DNA of 55,246 bases, from the IMG/VR virus record IMGVR_UViG_3300032074_000004, positions 1-55,246 of that record. One strand, given 5' to 3'. This document shows positions 38,320-46,402 of this stretch, piece after piece. The first letter of the stretch is position 1, and every line of letters starts with the position of its first letter. Under the pieces are notes generated by a model. It was not told where the DNA came from. It did not search any database and was given only the letters and a program-made list of their open reading frames with translations. The position numbers and the translations under genes were made by a program. Origin of the DNA: a virus (taxonomy: Duplodnaviria; Caudoviricetes).

Positions 38320-38470
38320 ACATAGCGCGGAGCCAAGCCCGTCATTAGACGGACCTGGTGAATCCACTATACGTGTAGACCCCATGGATTCATCCAGAAT
38401 CTATTGCTTAGAAATCCCCGCACACAGTTCGGATAGTACGAGACCCACCGGTTACTCGTGCTATTTTTTT
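38320..38470 (+). ncRNA. Candidate ~150-nt structured small RNA
   Basis: Own repeat promoter (38292), no RBS/ORF, hairpins CCGTC/GACGG and TGAATCCA/TGGATTCA, terminal hairpin plus T7. Confidence 0.6.
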
Positions 38471-38579
38471 GTGTGAAAACACTTAGTAAGCTTGTACTAG
38501 AACGTTTGAGGCCACCCGGACTTGCGTCGCAGAAAAAACATGGGTTATAATGAGAACCATCAACCCGAAAGGACATCCC

Positions 38580-38813
38580 ATGGACAACACCATCGAGATC
38601 ACCTACCTCCGCAACCGCAAGGACGCGCTCGAGAAGAACCTGAAGGAGATCGAGAACCAGTTCCTCATCACTACCGACGCCAGCCGCTATTTCCTGCTGT
38701 CGGAGCTTGAGGAGACGTACCTCGCCTACTTCACCCTGCTCGACCACCTGCGTGCGCTGGAGGCCCCGGTGACGACGAAGAAGTCGTTCTGGAAGAAACT
38801 CTTCCGCAAGTAG
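38580..38813 (+). CDS. Early hypothetical protein
   Basis: Promoter, RBS GAAAGGA, downstream hairpin. Confidence 0.8.
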   Translation: MDNTIEITYLRNRKDALEKNLKEIENQFLITTDASRYFLLSELEETYLAYFTLLDHLRALEAPVTTKKSFWKKLFRK

Positions 38814-38911
38814 TTCAAAACGCGAGCCCCTAACAAGGGCTTTCGTTTTTGCCCGGTGGGGTCGCAAATATTACAAAGGTTATAATGAGAACCAACCACG
38901 AAAGGACCACC

Positions 38912-39079
38912 ATGAACAAGGTTGACATCGCTTGCATCACCTTCGCAGCTACCGTCCTCGTTTGCAACCACCCCATCAACAAGATGGTTAAGGCTGCTTC
39001 CGAGAGCCGGAACCTGCGTCGCCTCAAGCGTGACTACCCCCAGACCTACGCCGCCCTCAAGCGTCACGGACTCATCTAA
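38912..39079 (+). CDS. Early small protein
   Basis: Promoter plus RBS GAAAGGA. Confidence 0.75.
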   Translation: MNKVDIACITFAATVLVCNHPINKMVKAASESRNLRRLKRDYPQTYAALKRHGLI

Positions 39080-39176
39080 CCCAAACGCGAGCCCCCTAAC
39101 AAGGGCTTTCGTTTTTCGCTCGCAGAATTTACACGGGTTATAATGAGAACCCTCACCACTCTACCAAGGAGACATC

Positions 39177-39365
39177 ATGGACATCGACACCACCCTCGAC
39201 ACCCCTGAGACCAGCCTCGGTGCAGACGTGGCTAAGGCATTCATCATCAGCGTCGCCAGCACCGCAGGCACGATGGTGGGAATGCTCGCCATCGGATACA
39301 CCATCAGCAAGGTCAAGGACGTCAAGGCCAAGCGTTCAGCCAAGAAGAACCAGACCGAGAACTGA
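39177..39365 (+). CDS. Early small membrane protein
   Basis: Promoter, RBS AAGGAG, one TM, basic tail. Confidence 0.75.
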   Translation: MDIDTTLDTPETSLGADVAKAFIISVASTAGTMVGMLAIGYTISKVKDVKAKRSAKKNQTEN

Positions 39366-39462
39366 ACACCTCAAACTAGAAGACCCCTAAACAAGGTCTT
39401 TTAGTTTCTGTCTCGCAGAATTTACACGGGTTATAATGAGACCCAACCGAAAGGAAATCATT

Positions 39463-39636
39463 ATGACCACCGCCGAGATCATCATGACCGCCCCGATCGA
39501 GCAGGTCCGTAAGGCCAATGCCAAGCTCGTTAAGCGCTTCATCATCACTACCGCAGTGACGATGACCGCCACCGTCGCAACCATTGTCCTCGCGGACATG
39601 ATCGACAAGCGGCTTGACAACGCCGACGAGGAGTAA
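39463..39636 (+). CDS. Early small membrane protein
   Basis: Promoter, RBS GAAAGGA, one hydrophobic segment. Confidence 0.75.
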   Translation: MTTAEIIMTAPIEQVRKANAKLVKRFIITTAVTMTATVATIVLADMIDKRLDNADEE

Positions 39637-39712
39637 TCCCCCCGATCCCCCACCCCTCAGAATGGGAGCCCCTTAAACAAGGGCTTTCATTTTCTCTTGA
39701 AAGGAGAGAGCA

Positions 39713-39865
39713 ATGCAGAAGAAGACCATCGGTACCCACGAGGTCTCGTTCACCGAGTTCCGTAACGGAGTGTCCAAGGACACCTTCGGGAAGCCCTACA
39801 CGAAGCTGACCAAGGACGAGAAGCGCGTGATCGACAACGCCCTGACCGAGATGACCGGTAGCTAG
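39713..39865 (+). CDS. 50-aa early protein (not in ORF track)
   Basis: RBS GAAAGGAG; MQKKTIGTHEVSF...EMTGS*. Confidence 0.7.
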   Translation: MQKKTIGTHEVSFTEFRNGVSKDTFGKPYTKLTKDEKRVIDNALTEMTGS

Positions 39866-39920
39866 TCGCAGAAAATACACGGGTTATAATGAGAACCATC
39901 TACTTTGAAAGGACACCACC

Positions 39921-40130
39921 ATGCTCACCGGATTCCAGTTCGACCTCGTCGTCGCAGCTATCCTCGTGGCCGTCGCCCTCATCGTGCTCATCGTAACCTT
40001 CGCCCGCAAGACCATCACTCGCGCGCGCCGGAACGCGCTGATCCGATCGAACCGACGTGCCCACCAGGCCAAGCTCGACGCCGAGAAGAACAAGACCAAC
40101 CGCATGTGGAACATGCTCGACAAGCAGTAA
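39921..40130 (+). CDS. Early small membrane protein
   Basis: Promoter, RBS, one TM, basic tail. Confidence 0.75.
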   Translation: MLTGFQFDLVVAAILVAVALIVLIVTFARKTITRARRNALIRSNRRAHQAKLDAEKNKTNRMWNMLDKQ

Positions 40131-40201
40131 TCCACGGACTCGAAAGCCCCTTAAACAAGGGCTTTCAGTTTCTCTCATTCAAAACGAAAGGAGCGTCAAA
40201 A

Positions 40202-40402
40202 ATGACGCAGACCCAGGGCACCATCCTCATCGTCATCACCGGCGCTAGCCTCGTGGTTACGCTTGCCACCGTCGGAACCGCCGCATATTTCGCCCTCAAG
40301 GCGAAGCGCAAGATCGAGAAGATCAAGGCCGACGCCGAGGCGAAGGTCCAGAAGTACAAGGACGAGCTGGCCAACTTCGCCACTCGCATCGCCAGCATCT
40401 GA
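40202..40402 (+). CDS. Early small membrane protein
   Basis: RBS GAAAGGAG; TM plus coiled coil. Confidence 0.75.
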   Translation: MTQTQGTILIVITGASLVVTLATVGTAAYFALKAKRKIEKIKADAEAKVQKYKDELANFATRIASI

Positions 40403-40429
40403 CACTCATATCTCTTGAAAGGAGACATC

Positions 40430-40597
40430 ATGGACATCAACAAGGTGAAGGACCACCTGAAGAGGAACCGCAAGTCGTACGCCATCGCCGCCGGAGCCTT
40501 CGCGCTCGGGACCGGCTTCGGGGTGCTTATCTCGCCTTGGAAGGTCAAGGTGCAGCCCATCGTCAACCCCATCCCTGTCCCGTTCATCATCGGCTGA
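40430..40597 (+). CDS. Early small membrane protein
   Basis: RBS GAAAGGAG; one TM. Confidence 0.7.
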   Translation: MDINKVKDHLKRNRKSYAIAAGAFALGTGFGVLISPWKVKVQPIVNPIPVPFIIG

Positions 40598-40608
40598 AAG
40601 GCTCCCTC

Positions 40609-40857
40609 ATGGACAAGAAAATCCTCATCCCGCTCCCGGTCTTCGCCGGACTCGTCGCCGCGCCAATCGTGATCATCGCGGTTGCCCGTCGTAACAACAA
40701 GATCAACGACCGTTTCGTCAAGAAGGCGGCCATGGACGGCGCTGCTCTCGACGGAATCGCGAAGGTCCTCACCGATGACGAGGACTGGAACGCCGACACG
40801 ACGGCCAAGATCTTCAGGATCGTCGACCGCGTCCGCGACGTCAACATCACGCACTAG
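40609..40857 (+). CDS. Early small membrane protein
   Basis: RBS GAAAGG; N-terminal TM. Confidence 0.7.
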   Translation: MDKKILIPLPVFAGLVAAPIVIIAVARRNNKINDRFVKKAAMDGAALDGIAKVLTDDEDWNADTTAKIFRIVDRVRDVNITH

Positions 40858-41000
40858 GAGGAACCGTGCTCAAGCTCCTTATCCTCAAGTGGATCGTAAT
40901 TGGTACACTGGTGGACCTCTCCCGGAGGCTCCTCAAGTAGTCGGCTCGCAAAAATTACACGTCCTATAATGAGAACCAGTTTGTCACGAAAGGACACCCC

Positions 41001-41174
41001 ATGCACGACCTCATCATCGGTTACGCCGCCCTCATCATGACGGTCCTCGCAGTGCTCTTCGCAGCCGCCGCCATCATCACGAAGGCGTGGCGCGAAGGGT
41101 CGCTGCAGGCCGACATCAAGTGGGTGCGTAACTACATCCGCATCTACATGAACCACTACCTCCGCCACAACTGA
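41001..41174 (+). CDS. 57-aa early membrane protein (not in ORF track)
   Basis: Promoter 40946, RBS GAAAGGA, MHDLIIGYAALIMTVLAVLF... Confidence 0.7.
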   Translation: MHDLIIGYAALIMTVLAVLFAAAAIITKAWREGSLQADIKWVRNYIRIYMNHYLRHN

Positions 41175-41229
41175 CCACCCAAATATAGGGCCCCTAACAA
41201 GGGCTCTATGTTTGTCTGAAAGGAGACAC

Positions 41230-42009
41230 ATGAGCAAGCTCAATATGCTCATCAAGGGCTTCGGACGCGCCGTAGCTCATAATTCCCCGACCATCCTGAC
41301 GGCCATGGGCGTTGCTGGAACCATTTCCACAGCGGTCCTGGCGGTCAAGGGCACGCCTCAGGCGCTTCGGATCATCGACGAGAAGGAGCACGCGCACGAC
41401 GGGCTCTACGAGAAGATCTCGGTCTGGGAGAAGGTCAAGGCGACCTATCCGTGCTATATCCCGGCGGCCTCGGTCGGCGCTGTGACGATTGCCTGCATCA
41501 TCGCGGGTAACTCGATCAGCACCAAGCGGAATGCGGCTCTCATGAGCCTCTACTCCATCACCGAGACCGGCTTCCGTGAATATCAGGACAAGGTCATCGA
41601 GACGGTCGGTGCTCAGAAGGAGCAGAAGATCCGCGACGATATCGCTCAGGACAGGGTTGACCGTAACCCCGTATCTGACCGCGAGGTCGTCATCATCAAC
41701 GGGTCTGACGTTCTCTGCTACGACACCATTTCCGGGCGTTACTTCAAGAGTGACGTCGAGACGATCCGCCGTGCTGTCAACGACATCAACGAGCTGGTCA
41801 TCAACAACGGATATGCGTCTCAGAACGACTTCTACGCTGCGATCGGCCTTCCGAGGGCCATCGTCGGCGAGGAGCTGGGCTGGAGCACCGACAACATGCT
41901 CAACGTCGAGTTCTCGGCCACCTTGGCGGAGGACGGCAAGCCGTGCATGGCGCTGAACTACCGTATGTTTCCCATGCGGGGGTACTACGTCATGGGCGAC
42001 CCTCACTGA
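41230..42009 (+). CDS. Conserved phage protein, paralogue of 46403-47341
   Basis: HNSPTILTAMG...YIPAASVG...KRNAAL. Confidence 0.8.
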   Translation: MSKLNMLIKGFGRAVAHNSPTILTAMGVAGTISTAVLAVKGTPQALRIIDEKEHAHDGLYEKISVWEKVKATYPCYIPAASVGAVTIACIIAGNSISTKRNAALMSLYSITETGFREYQDKVIETVGAQKEQKIRDDIAQDRVDRNPVSDREVVIINGSDVLCYDTISGRYFKSDVETIRRAVNDINELVINNGYASQNDFYAAIGLPRAIVGEELGWSTDNMLNVEFSATLAEDGKPCMALNYRMFPMRGYYVMGDPH

Positions 42010-42171
42010 GCGACGCGTGCCTCTACGAGGACGAGACAGAGGAGCTCTGCACCTGCGAGATTTGTCAGGCGTAGAGCATCTCTGTGATCGTCCGATGGCA
42101 CTTTGTGACGTATGCGCGCGTCGCTCAAGTGAACGATTCACCGCTGAAGAAATGTTGGGGGAGATTTACTG

Positions 42172-42396
42172 ATGGCGCTCACGAATGAGCCACCGCACGT
42201 CGAGGGGAGGAAGGAGCATGTGGATATCAAGCTTCTTCCGCCCTTGGGCGGCGATCCGAAGGAGAAGGTCCGATTCGAGTGCTTGGAAGAGGGGTGCGGC
42301 GATATCTTGATGGGCAAGGACGTCAAGCTGCACGCTCTCGAGAAGCACGGATGGGTCGAGATCCACGTCGACAACTCGGCGCTGTGGGGGAAATAA
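42172..42396 (+). CDS. Small C2H2-like zinc-finger protein
   Basis: CLEEGC...HALEKH; RBS GGGGAG. Confidence 0.6.
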   Translation: MALTNEPPHVEGRKEHVDIKLLPPLGGDPKEKVRFECLEEGCGDILMGKDVKLHALEKHGWVEIHVDNSALWGK

Positions 42397-42680
42397 TGGC
42401 CTGGCACCTTCCGATTCCACCGGAGACTAGGTTCATCGATCCGATCCAGGACGCTACCAAAGCGATCGTGGATCAGGTCGTAGCCGAAGAGAACCGCTAC
42501 TACGCGTCCATGTTCGGCCCAGGAATGCCTCTGGAGGGCATGCAAGATCAGTTCGAGATCGAAGTATTCCCTCCGGAGTTCTACACATCAAGCGACAACT
42601 TCAATCCCGATTGCGTAAATTTCGGGATCCGAACGAAGTTCCGCATCAAACCTAGGAGAAAGGTTGAGAGTGAAGCGTAA
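42396..42680 (+). CDS. Hypothetical protein
   Basis: TAATG coupling with upstream gene. Confidence 0.65.
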   Translation: MAWHLPIPPETRFIDPIQDATKAIVDQVVAEENRYYASMFGPGMPLEGMQDQFEIEVFPPEFYTSSDNFNPDCVNFGIRTKFRIKPRRKVESEA

Positions 42681-43074
42681 GGTCATTTCTGCGGTTATCG
42701 CGGCCGTTGCGCTGGGGGGTCTACTCTCCGGTTGCACGAGCGATGCCCAGCGAGTCAGCGACACTCTGTCGCAGGACGCCGATCAGTTCAAGGTGCAGCG
42801 TAGGATCATCTTCTACAACAGCATCACAGACAAGTACATCATGACGGTCGAGGGCCTCTGCTCCATCGAGCCGTCCAGCACGAAGCTGCAGGTCATCTGC
42901 GAGGTCGGCCCTGGTAAGTACGTCAAGGACTACCTGGGGCTGTCGGACAACGTCACATATTTCGTCCAGCAGGCCGAGAACGACGCGACCGGCGCTTCGA
43001 AGTACCACCACAAGGTCGTTCTCAAGCCCGAGAATATCATTCCCGACTTCGACGTGGAGCTCGGGAACGGTTGA
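42670..43074 (+). CDS. Lipoprotein
   Basis: Basic N-terminus, hydrophobic stretch, lipobox LSGC. Confidence 0.8.
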   Translation: MKRKVISAVIAAVALGGLLSGCTSDAQRVSDTLSQDADQFKVQRRIIFYNSITDKYIMTVEGLCSIEPSSTKLQVICEVGPGKYVKDYLGLSDNVTYFVQQAENDATGASKYHHKVVLKPENIIPDFDVELGNG

Positions 43075-43143
43075 CCTCCTGCGCTCGCAGGAAATACAAG
43101 CACTATAATGACATCCGTCATTTCTCTTGAAAGGAGAACCACC

Positions 43144-43350
43144 ATGGACCGCCTCAAGACCGCCCGCACCATCATCCTCAACAACAAGGAGACGATCAAG
43201 CGCAAGGTTATCGTGGGCGTCGGTACCGCCGTTGGCATGATCATCGCCAGCGCCGTCATCGACCGCCTCAACGACCGCCAGCCTGACGTCATCTACGTCG
43301 AGGTCCCGGTGCCCGTGACTGAGCCGTCCTCGGAGACCCCCGCCGAGTAA
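43144..43350 (+). CDS. Early small membrane protein
   Basis: Promoter 43085, RBS GAAAGGAG. Confidence 0.75.
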   Translation: MDRLKTARTIILNNKETIKRKVIVGVGTAVGMIIASAVIDRLNDRQPDVIYVEVPVPVTEPSSETPAE

Positions 43351-43359
43351 CGGACCACC

Positions 43360-43404
43360 TAGAAGGAGCTTCTGTAACCACCATATTACAGAGGCTCCTT
43401 CTTT
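43360..43404 (+). terminator. Intrinsic terminator
   Basis: AGAAGGAGCTTCTGTAA / TTACAGAGGCTCCTTCT followed by TT. Confidence 0.7.
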
Positions 43405-43575
43405 GTCTCAGCAGATCTACCAAATATAGGAGGCACGATGCCCGAGAACCAGAGAAGCGAAGATCAAGCTCCCAACGGCCCGCGACACAGGGCGGAGCAG
43501 GATCCCGAGCAGCTTCACAAGGGCGAGACCGTGTACCCCCGACACCGAGCAGAAGACAACAAGGAGAACTAGAAA

Positions 43576-44142
43576 ATGCTCAAGAAGACCATCCAGTACG
43601 TCGACTTCGACGGGAACCAGCAGACCGAGGACGTCTACTTCAACCTGTCCAAGGCGGAGCTGATCGAGACCGAGCTTTCCGCAGAGGGCGGCTCGTTCCG
43701 GGACCAGCTCCAGAAGATCATCGACTCGAAGGACCCGAAGGTCATCATCGGTGCCTTCAAGGACCTCCTCGGCAAGGCGTACGGCGTTCGCTCGGAGGAC
43801 GGCAAGCGCTTCGTCAAGTCCCCGGAGTTGTTCGAGGAGTTCACGCAGACCGCCGCGTATGACGCGCTGTTCTCGGAGCTGGCTACGGACGGTGACGCTG
43901 GTGCCGCGTTCGTTCGGGGCATCATCCCGCGCGACCTGAACCCGGACGGCTCGGAGAAGTCGGCTTCGCAGATCGCTCGTGAGCGTTCGGAGGCTCAGCT
44001 CCAGGGTCACCAGGCCAAGAAGGCCGTCGATGCGACCGTCCAGCAGGTTCCGGACCTTCCCACCGTGGAAGCCGAGAAGCCTGAGGACCTCGACAGCCTC
44101 TCCATCGAGGAGCTTCGGGCCCGCCTGGCCGCTCGTCAGTAG
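43576..44142 (+). CDS. Conserved phage hypothetical protein
   Basis: MLKKTIQYVDFDG...YFNLSKAE...AYGVRSEDGKRF; RBS AAGGAG. Confidence 0.8.
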   Translation: MLKKTIQYVDFDGNQQTEDVYFNLSKAELIETELSAEGGSFRDQLQKIIDSKDPKVIIGAFKDLLGKAYGVRSEDGKRFVKSPELFEEFTQTAAYDALFSELATDGDAGAAFVRGIIPRDLNPDGSEKSASQIARERSEAQLQGHQAKKAVDATVQQVPDLPTVEAEKPEDLDSLSIEELRARLAARQ

Positions 44143-44149
44143 TACCCCA

Positions 44150-44386
44150 AGGGGGATATCCCAGTGCTTCTATGGTTCTCAGCCTGCCGGAGGGATATCT
44201 TAAACGACCGCCTATACCTAAAGGCGCCCCACCTCGAGACGGGTCGAATTGCCTCTTGGTAAGGAGACCGTGGCTAAAAGCACGTGCCGTTGAAGTCCGG
44301 TGACTCGGATTGTACCCAGGTCGTTAAATACGTGGAGCGGGTTTTAGCGTGATGAATGGCAACCTAGTGCGGCTCACCCGTCTCAC
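44150..44386 (+). ncRNA. Candidate ~235-nt structured RNA with pseudoknot
   Basis: Intergenic; nested complementary segments plus a crossing pair (see finding). Confidence 0.55.
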
Positions 44387-44445
44387 CCTCGCAGAAAATA
44401 CACCTACTATAATAGGACCAACCAACCACCCCGAAAGGAAACATC

Positions 44446-44721
44446 ATGACCGCCCTCAGCATCGCCAAGACCGCCGCAGGCCTCATCGCCTCGCTGGGTA
44501 CTGGTGCCGTCGTTAGCAACGCCATCAAGGCAAGCATCCCCGCCAACTCGAAGACCATCCAGAAGATCTCGATCGGCATCGGAGGCTTCGTCTTGAGCAG
44601 CATGGTTAGCGAGATGGCCACCAAGTACGTCAGCGAGAACATCGACCAGGCCGCGCAGCAGTTCAAGCTCGCCAAGGAGAACATCGTCGTCATCCACCAG
44701 GACCAGACGGACGAGTCCTAA
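44446..44721 (+). CDS. Early hypothetical protein
   Basis: Promoter 44389, RBS GAAAGGA, conserved-loop hairpin after stop. Confidence 0.8.
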   Translation: MTALSIAKTAAGLIASLGTGAVVSNAIKASIPANSKTIQKISIGIGGFVLSSMVSEMATKYVSENIDQAAQQFKLAKENIVVIHQDQTDES

Positions 44722-44787
44722 CCATCCAACCGAAGAGACCCTTAAACAAGGTCTCTAAGGTTTTCTTTGTCTCTGAAAGGAGGCGAC

Positions 44788-44949
44788 ATGCATAGATATA
44801 CGTACAAGTTCTCCTGGAAGGACAAGGACGGAGTTCTCCAGGTTAAATATCTGGACAACCGTTCTCAGGTGGAAGCCGAAGAGGATTTCGAGCGAACCTT
44901 CGGTATGTCTATCACTGGCGATAAGGTCTTCGTGAGGAGGCTTCGCTAG
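44788..44949 (+). CDS. Small hypothetical protein
   Basis: RBS GAAAGGAGG. Confidence 0.65.
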   Translation: MHRYTYKFSWKDKDGVLQVKYLDNRSQVEAEEDFERTFGMSITGDKVFVRRLR

Positions 44950-45167
44950 CAGTTATCTTTTGAAAGGAGAGAACTGATGAAATATAAGGTTTACACCGAG
45001 AACAGCGCCATGACCGGCTTCGACAAGATCGCCTCGACTAGATATCGACACGATGCCGACGCCGTTCTCAAGGGTTACGCGAACGGCTACATCGAGTTCA
45101 ACGGCAAGCGAATTCACAGCAAGGGTCTGTGATGCGTCGCTACTACGAGAGAGAGGTTATCTACATC

Positions 45168-45290
45168 ATGTCCACCAACAAGAAGAAGTACGGTCTGCTG
45201 CATTTCCTGTTCGATGTCTTCATGGTCGGGATCACCGGCGGCCTCTGGCTGCTCTGGATCCTGTTCAAGTTCCTTCGCAAGAACTCGTGA
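45168..45290 (+). CDS. 40-aa membrane protein (not in ORF track)
   Basis: MSTNKKKYGLLHFLFDVFMVGITGGLWLLWIL; RBS GAGAGG. Confidence 0.6.
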   Translation: MSTNKKKYGLLHFLFDVFMVGITGGLWLLWILFKFLRKNS

Positions 45291-45407
45291 GCTACACGGT
45301 CCACCAGCTTAAGAGCATGATCGTGCTTGCTCGGAAGCTGGGATATATGGACGACGTCAAGCACTGGCAAAAGGAGCTTGACAAGCTCCAGAATGGGGAG
45401 AGCCAAA

Positions 45408-46121
45408 ATGGCTGAGGAGAACATGCACGTCGACGACGGCGCCCAGGGGGAGCGAGTTGTCAAAGTGAACTACAGCGGCAACTCGAACAAGGCGCGCGAC
45501 AACGCCAAGAAGGAGAAGCCCGAGAAGACGGAGGAGGCCGACGAGAAGAAGGTCAACAAGGTCATCAAGGGCGAGGTCGTCAAGCGGAAGAAGCCTCTGG
45601 GCCGAAAGATCGCTGAGACCTTCAAGGGAGACGACATGCACAGCGTCGGGAACTTCATCCTCATGGAGGTGATCGTCCCGGCAGCGAAGCAGATGATCTC
45701 CGACGCGATCAGCCAGGGAGTTGACCGTTCTCTCTACGGGGAGTCTCGGCGACGTCCCTCCAGCAGTGGCGGAAGCACTCGGTACACCAACTACTCGAGC
45801 TACAGCCGGTCTTCGAGCCCGGTTGGACGTGCTGGAGAGGCGGATGGCCCGAGAAACGTCAGTCGTCACTCGCGTGCCGTGCACAACTTCGACGAGGTCG
45901 TGCTGGAGTCCCGTGGGGAGGCCGAGGAAGTTCTCGACAGCCTCACGGAGCTGATCAACCGGTACCAGGTGGCCAGCGTCTCGGATCTGTACGATCTCGT
46001 GGGCGTGGCGAGCCAGTTCACGGACGAGAAGTGGGGTTGGACGGACCTTCGTGACGCTCGCATCCAGCGGGTTCGCGACGGATATCTGCTCAACCTTCCT
46101 CGGACGCAGCCGATCGACTAA
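45408..46121 (+). CDS. Conserved phage hypothetical protein
   Basis: RBS GGGGAG; SRGEAEEVL...ASVSDLYDLVG...GWTDL. Confidence 0.8.
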   Translation: MAEENMHVDDGAQGERVVKVNYSGNSNKARDNAKKEKPEKTEEADEKKVNKVIKGEVVKRKKPLGRKIAETFKGDDMHSVGNFILMEVIVPAAKQMISDAISQGVDRSLYGESRRRPSSSGGSTRYTNYSSYSRSSSPVGRAGEADGPRNVSRHSRAVHNFDEVVLESRGEAEEVLDSLTELINRYQVASVSDLYDLVGVASQFTDEKWGWTDLRDARIQRVRDGYLLNLPRTQPID

Positions 46122-46402
46122 TGAACGAGAAGGCGCTTGAGCAGGTCTCGATTCGGACCGGCCTTTCTAGGGAGGCTTGTCTGAATATGCTCAACGGGGG
46201 CTGGGCCTATGTAGAACGCATGGGTCAGCCCCCACGATGGGAAAAGGCGGTGATTGCCCATGTCCATTGAACAGATGCGCGCGAAGATATCCGTCATGTA
46301 CCAGGGCACCTGGGCGGATCGCGTGGCAAAAATGTCCGACGCTCAGGTCTACTCGATCTATCAGCGTCAACTCAACAAGGAACGACAGAAGGAGAAAATC
46401 TG

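Larger units (their letters stand above)
37844..44413 (+). promoter_or_regulatory. Ten copies of an early promoter, TCGC(A/G)-A/T-rich-ACA-N5-TATAAT(GAGAACC)
   Basis: TCGC at 37844, 38292, 38527, 38862, 39120, 39413, 39866, 40946, 43085, 44389, each with TATAAT starting exactly 19 nt later. Confidence 0.9.
38817..44766 (+). repeat. Seven hairpins with conserved TAA(A)CAA loop and T-rich tail
   Basis: At ~38817, 39083, 39373, 39659, 40137, 41181, 44728; stems covary (GCCC/GGGC vs GACC/GGTC) while the loop is kept. Confidence 0.85.

Noticed and set aside
44261-44293. RBS AAGGAG plus GTG inside the structured RNA
   Set aside because: Encodes only seven residues before a stop; no support as a gene
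37844-44766. Repeats as a CRISPR array or integron attC sites
   Set aside because: Spacing is irregular, the intervening sequences are genes with RBS, the repeats are promoter and hairpin motifs, and no cas or integrase gene is present
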